Source: Salpingoeca rosetta
Lineage: Eukaryota > Protista > Choanoflagellata
DNA: 64,000 bases
Reading direction: 5' to 3'
Assembly: GCA_033442325.1 (NCBI GenBank)
Contig: JAWQFM010000012.1
Location: 1,292,214-1,356,213, forward strand
This document shows, in pieces, positions 59,711-64,000 of the stretch. The notes beneath the pieces are model-generated. The model did no database searches and was not told the origin of the DNA. It was given only the letters and a program-made list of their open reading frames with translations. Numbering within the stretch: the stretch's first letter is position 1; the number at the start of each line of letters is the position of its first letter. The position numbers were made by a program, and so were the translations under genes.

Positions 59711-60383
59711 CTTTTGTGTATGTGTGTGTGTGCGTATGTGTGTTCTTTTGTGTATGTGTGTGTGTGTGTCTGCATTTTCTGTTATTGCTGTGGTGCAACG
59801 CAGTCCCTCTTCCATACACTCACCACGTCACCTCGTCACCACGTCGCCACAGCAACCTGCGCGTGGACATGGACGACTTTGCGACGCGCAACTCGTGGTT
59901 CCGCATCATGCCGCGCTACAAAGTCCGCGCCGAGGGCGACCCCATCCGCGTCACAGACCAGGTGGGTGGTGGTCAGTCATAGTCGCGTAGTGGTGGTCAG
60001 TCGTAGTCGCGTAGTGGTGGTTGTGCTGTGGGAAATGCAAAGGCCTTTGTGAGCGCTGTTGTAGCGACGGTGAGTTGTGCCTTGACCTTTAGAATGGGAG
60101 CATTGCGCGCTCACCCAGGATGGCATCCTCTTCATTGCTCAGATTGTGCTTGAGAGTCTCAAGACGGCGGGCCAGTTTCTGCACACGAGCTTCCAGCAGC
60201 ACCCAGAGGACACGTGCGTTGGCGTGTGCTTCTGTTGTGGTGGTGGTGGCTAGAGGTGGTGGTGGTGGTGGTTGTTGCTGCGTTGGCGTGTGCATTCCGT
60301 GTTCGGGTTGCAAAGCTGGGTGGTTTGTTGTTGCAGTGAAGTCTTGGCAACCCCTTCTAGCCATGCCTCATTCTTGGAACACA

Positions 60384-60463
<80 letters not shown>

Positions 60464-61255
60464 TACACAACTCAGGCCGGACCACGGGCTGTACGAGGTG
60501 AACTGCTCGGTGCAGCCGACAGCATACTCCATCTACGAGTTTGTGGACCACACGCGACGCGACGACGAGGAGGGCGCTGCTCAGCTGTACGTCACACGCA
60601 GCACCTACCCTCTGTTTGCACACACATTCACACACGACGCCTCGCATGGTTTTGGGTTTCCCTTCACTTCACACGCCCCCTTTCTGTTGGCCTTCCATCC
60701 ATTTCTCTCCTCTCATCCCCACCCCTTTCATCGCCATCATCATCGCTGTTGCAGGCTGCGTGGTGGCGACACGATCCAGCTCTTCCACAAGGAGATCAGC
60801 GCCTACATCGCCGCAGAAGGCGTCTTCTCGTACCAAAAGGTGCAAGAACAATGCATACTCTCGTATTCGTATTCGTGTGTGTGTGTGTGTGTGTATTTGT
60901 TTGCGTGTGTATTTGTTTGCGTGCGTGTGTGTGTTTGTGCGTGTTTTCGCGCTTGTGCTTTTTTTTCCGTACATCATACTTTCTTTCACCCTTGACTCGT
61001 CATCTGCTCTTTCTCACCCCATGTACAATACACATGTGCACTATTTGTCTTGCTCGTGCACGGCAGCCCGTTGAGGACGTGCACATGCGTATCCGCCCCG
61101 CTGATCAGACGAAACCGCACGGCATGCTCCCGCCCACCAGCGCCGTCACCGTACGTATTCGCTCGTGGATACATGGACCCTGAACACACACACACATCAC
61201 ACATCACACATCACGCCCTACCGTGCGTGCTTGACCGCGCACTCCATCCTATCCG

Positions 61256-61329
<74 letters not shown>

Positions 61330-63830
61330 ACGTGTCTCGCTTTCTCTCTTTTGTTTTCGGTAGTTTTGGCAAGTTGAGTTTGTGGCCAAGACCATGTCTG
61401 GTGGTCCCGTTGGATGGGAACAAGACATTCGCCTCAAGCACCTCCCAACACAGGTTTGTTGCGCTGCCACTGTTTTCTGGTGTGGCCTTCCATGTTTGTG
61501 CAGCGTTTGCAGTGGTGTTCTCGAACACTCTGCTACAACACTCGCACACACACACAACACACGCACGCACACAACACACAGACCCACCCACACAGACCCA
61601 CCCACACGCACACACACGCACACACACACTCACGTCCCCCTCTTGATTTGCTGGGCAGATGTATCTGTCGTTCCAGATTGAGAGCGCTTCCAACCCCGTG
61701 CACGTGCCGTGCCTCACCTCGGATCCAAACGACCCCAGCTGCGTGTTCAAGTTCTTTGCCGTCATTCGCGAGCGCGATGACATCGCCATGGACTCGTACT
61801 GCCGCATTGCGCACAAGCAGACCGGTTCGTCGCTCGTTTGTGACTGCTGCTGCTGCTGTTTTTGCCTTGGGTTGCAGCTGTGCTTTGTTCCGCTGTTGCT
61901 GTACTGGGCTGTTGCTGCTGTTTACGCTGTGTTGGCGGTTTTGTGTTTGTGTGATGCCTCTGTCTGTGGTGTGTGTGTGTGTGTGACGTGACGACTGTGT
62001 GGCAATGACATGACCACACTGCGTCTGTGCTCACAAACCATCTCTGACACCCCTCCTCCATGTTTCACCGACCACCCTGCCACCATTGACGTGGTGGTGC
62101 ATCAGGGTACTGGCTGCACGCCGAACCCGACCGCAAGTACACGCGTCGCGGTCGGAACCTCTCCATGCCGCCCACAGCAAACCCAGAGCTCATCGCAAAC
62201 ACCAGGGTACGATGCACAGCTGCGCAGCTGCATGTGCAATTTGTGCTCGCATCTTGTGCGCGTGCGTTTGCGTTGGCTGGTTCGCTGCTGCCGTCTGTGT
62301 GCGCTCGCACCACTTGCTCAACCTCTCTCCTTCTCTCCTTCTCTCCTTCTCTCCTTCTCTCCCTTCTCTCCTTCCCTCCTGTCCCTCTCACCCCTCTCCC
62401 TTCTGGCCTCGCTACTCTATCCCAACACACACGCCCTTGACACAACTGCGCGCAGAAAATCCGGTGGGATGGTGCTGAGCTGTGCCAGCTCGGGCTGTCT
62501 GAGACGCGAATGTTTGACGACGCCTTCATCATCCAGCCCGTCGACAAGGAATACGTCTACAACGTCGGGTCAGTCCACACCTGCTCGTGTGTCGTTTGTG
62601 TCGTGTGTGTGTGTGTGTGTACATGTGCATTCGTGAAGGCACTTTTGTAGGCATGTTTGTGAGCACCTTCGTGTGCGCTTGTTTGTGCAGTGTGTGGTGC
62701 AATTCTCACGTGCATGCGCAACACACACACACACACACCATGTCGTCGCCACCACTACGACCCCACCCCCTTTGCAGCTACGTTGCCGGCATGATTCCCG
62801 TCATCCGCATGTACACGCGTCTTCGCCTTCAGGGCGAGCCGCCAGTCGCCGTCTCAAACGCCGTCGTCTCAGGTGCACAGCGCATGCTGCTTTGATGTGT
62901 GTCTTTTGCTTTGCTTTGCGTGTTTTGCGCTGTATCTGGCGTGTTTTCCTCTGTGCGCACGTATGCCTGCTTGTTTCGCCCTCCGCCCACAAGTTGCACT
63001 TCTTCGCACACATACGCACACACGCACACACACGCACAGCCCTGAAGGAGCTTAGCGCGTTTATGTTTGTGAAGGGCAACCGCGTACGTGAGCGGCAGAA
63101 GCTGATCCGAAACCTCTACGTCGTCGAGATGCTCGTGGAGCTCCTCAAGTCCCCATTCGCCCCTTTCAACACAAGTGAGGCCGTGTGCTGTGTGTGTGTG
63201 TGTGCGTGCGTGTGTGTGTGTGTGTGCGCGCGTGTGTTGTGTGTTTCTTGTGTGTGTGTGTGCGCGTGTGTTGTGTGTGCGTGTGTTATGCTCGAGCTGC
63301 GATGCTTGGCGTGTGTTTCTATTCCGGCGCTGCTGACCCCAACATGTTCTGCATCACTTGATCGTTCATGCCATCCCTTTCAAAGGCCCATCTGCCATTG
63401 GGCTCCAGGACTTGGCAGACCCGCGCAACCGCGAGACGCTGGTGCGCACCGAACTGGCATTTTGTTTGTATGTTTGTTTGCGTTGAGTTGAATCGCGCTT
63501 CTGTTGAGGGTTCATTCTGTATGTGTGTGTGTGTGTGTGTGTTTGCGCTGTTGCCATCCTTCACCTCTACATTTTGCCACACACACGCACACACACCTCC
63601 CAAAACACACGCACACACCCTCTCTTCCTGCCGCAGGCTGTTGTTGACGCGGCGTACAAGGTGCTGGAGACGTATCTTCGCGGCAATTCGCGCAAGAACG
63701 AACTCTACATTGCCGCCCACATCCCATTCTTCCAATCGCAGGTGCGCTGCGCTCGCCTGATGTGTCGCCCATCAACTCTGCTCTTGCTGCCACGTGCACA
63801 CGCACGCACACACAAGCACAACATCAATCT

Positions 63831-63871
<41 letters not shown>

Positions 63872-64000
63872 CCGCATTCCGACGCCGTCACACAACCCAA
63901 CGCGCACACACACGCACACACTCACGCACATTCACGCATGCACTTTCCGTGCACAGGTTGGCGCGGCGCTGGAAGTGGAGAAGATGTACACGGAGCTGGT
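58302..64000 (+). CDS. ITPR: Inositol 1,4,5-trisphosphate receptor-family Ca2+ channel, 5' part (continues beyond window)
   Basis: IHYGDQIVL, AEDEDNRNE...[55 protein letters not shown], WQVE...IRLKHLPT (MIR repeats), RERQKLIR, RKNELYIA. Confidence 0.93.

Overview
Intron-dense eukaryotic DNA with (GT)n/(CA)n-filled introns, polyQ-rich exons and six N gaps. The style and gene set fit a choanoflagellate, most likely Salpingoeca rosetta (inference). Most entries in the ORF track are microsatellite read-through, so gene models were rebuilt by hand from GT-AG boundaries. Family assignments come from recalled reference motifs, not database searches. There are about 13 protein genes and one tRNA, in order: homoserine dehydrogenase (-, runs off the left edge), PTB+PDZ adaptor (+), Dab/GULP-like PTB protein (-), SAC3/GANP (-), MED15-like (+), divergent CYFIP/Sra1 (-), a putative multi-domain chromatin protein (+), a predicted mitochondrial membrane protein (+), a MYND-USP-A20-SEC-C deubiquitinase (+), an intronless F-box/LRR-like gene (-), intron-containing tRNA-Tyr(GTA), a secreted GH43 (-), IQCC-like (+) and an IP3 receptor (+, runs off the right edge). 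The most interesting observations are: (1) a plant UBP15-19-type USP with an added A20 zinc finger and a bacterial SecA-type SEC-C motif on its own terminal exon; (2) a CYFIP that keeps the Rac A-site but lacks ~195 aa covering the Rac D-site and WIRS pocket; (3) a 7-nt microexon in MED15; (4) a GH43 with Asp->Gly at the catalytic base; (5) an orphan P5-ATPase exon inside a CYFIP intron, probably a misassembly.
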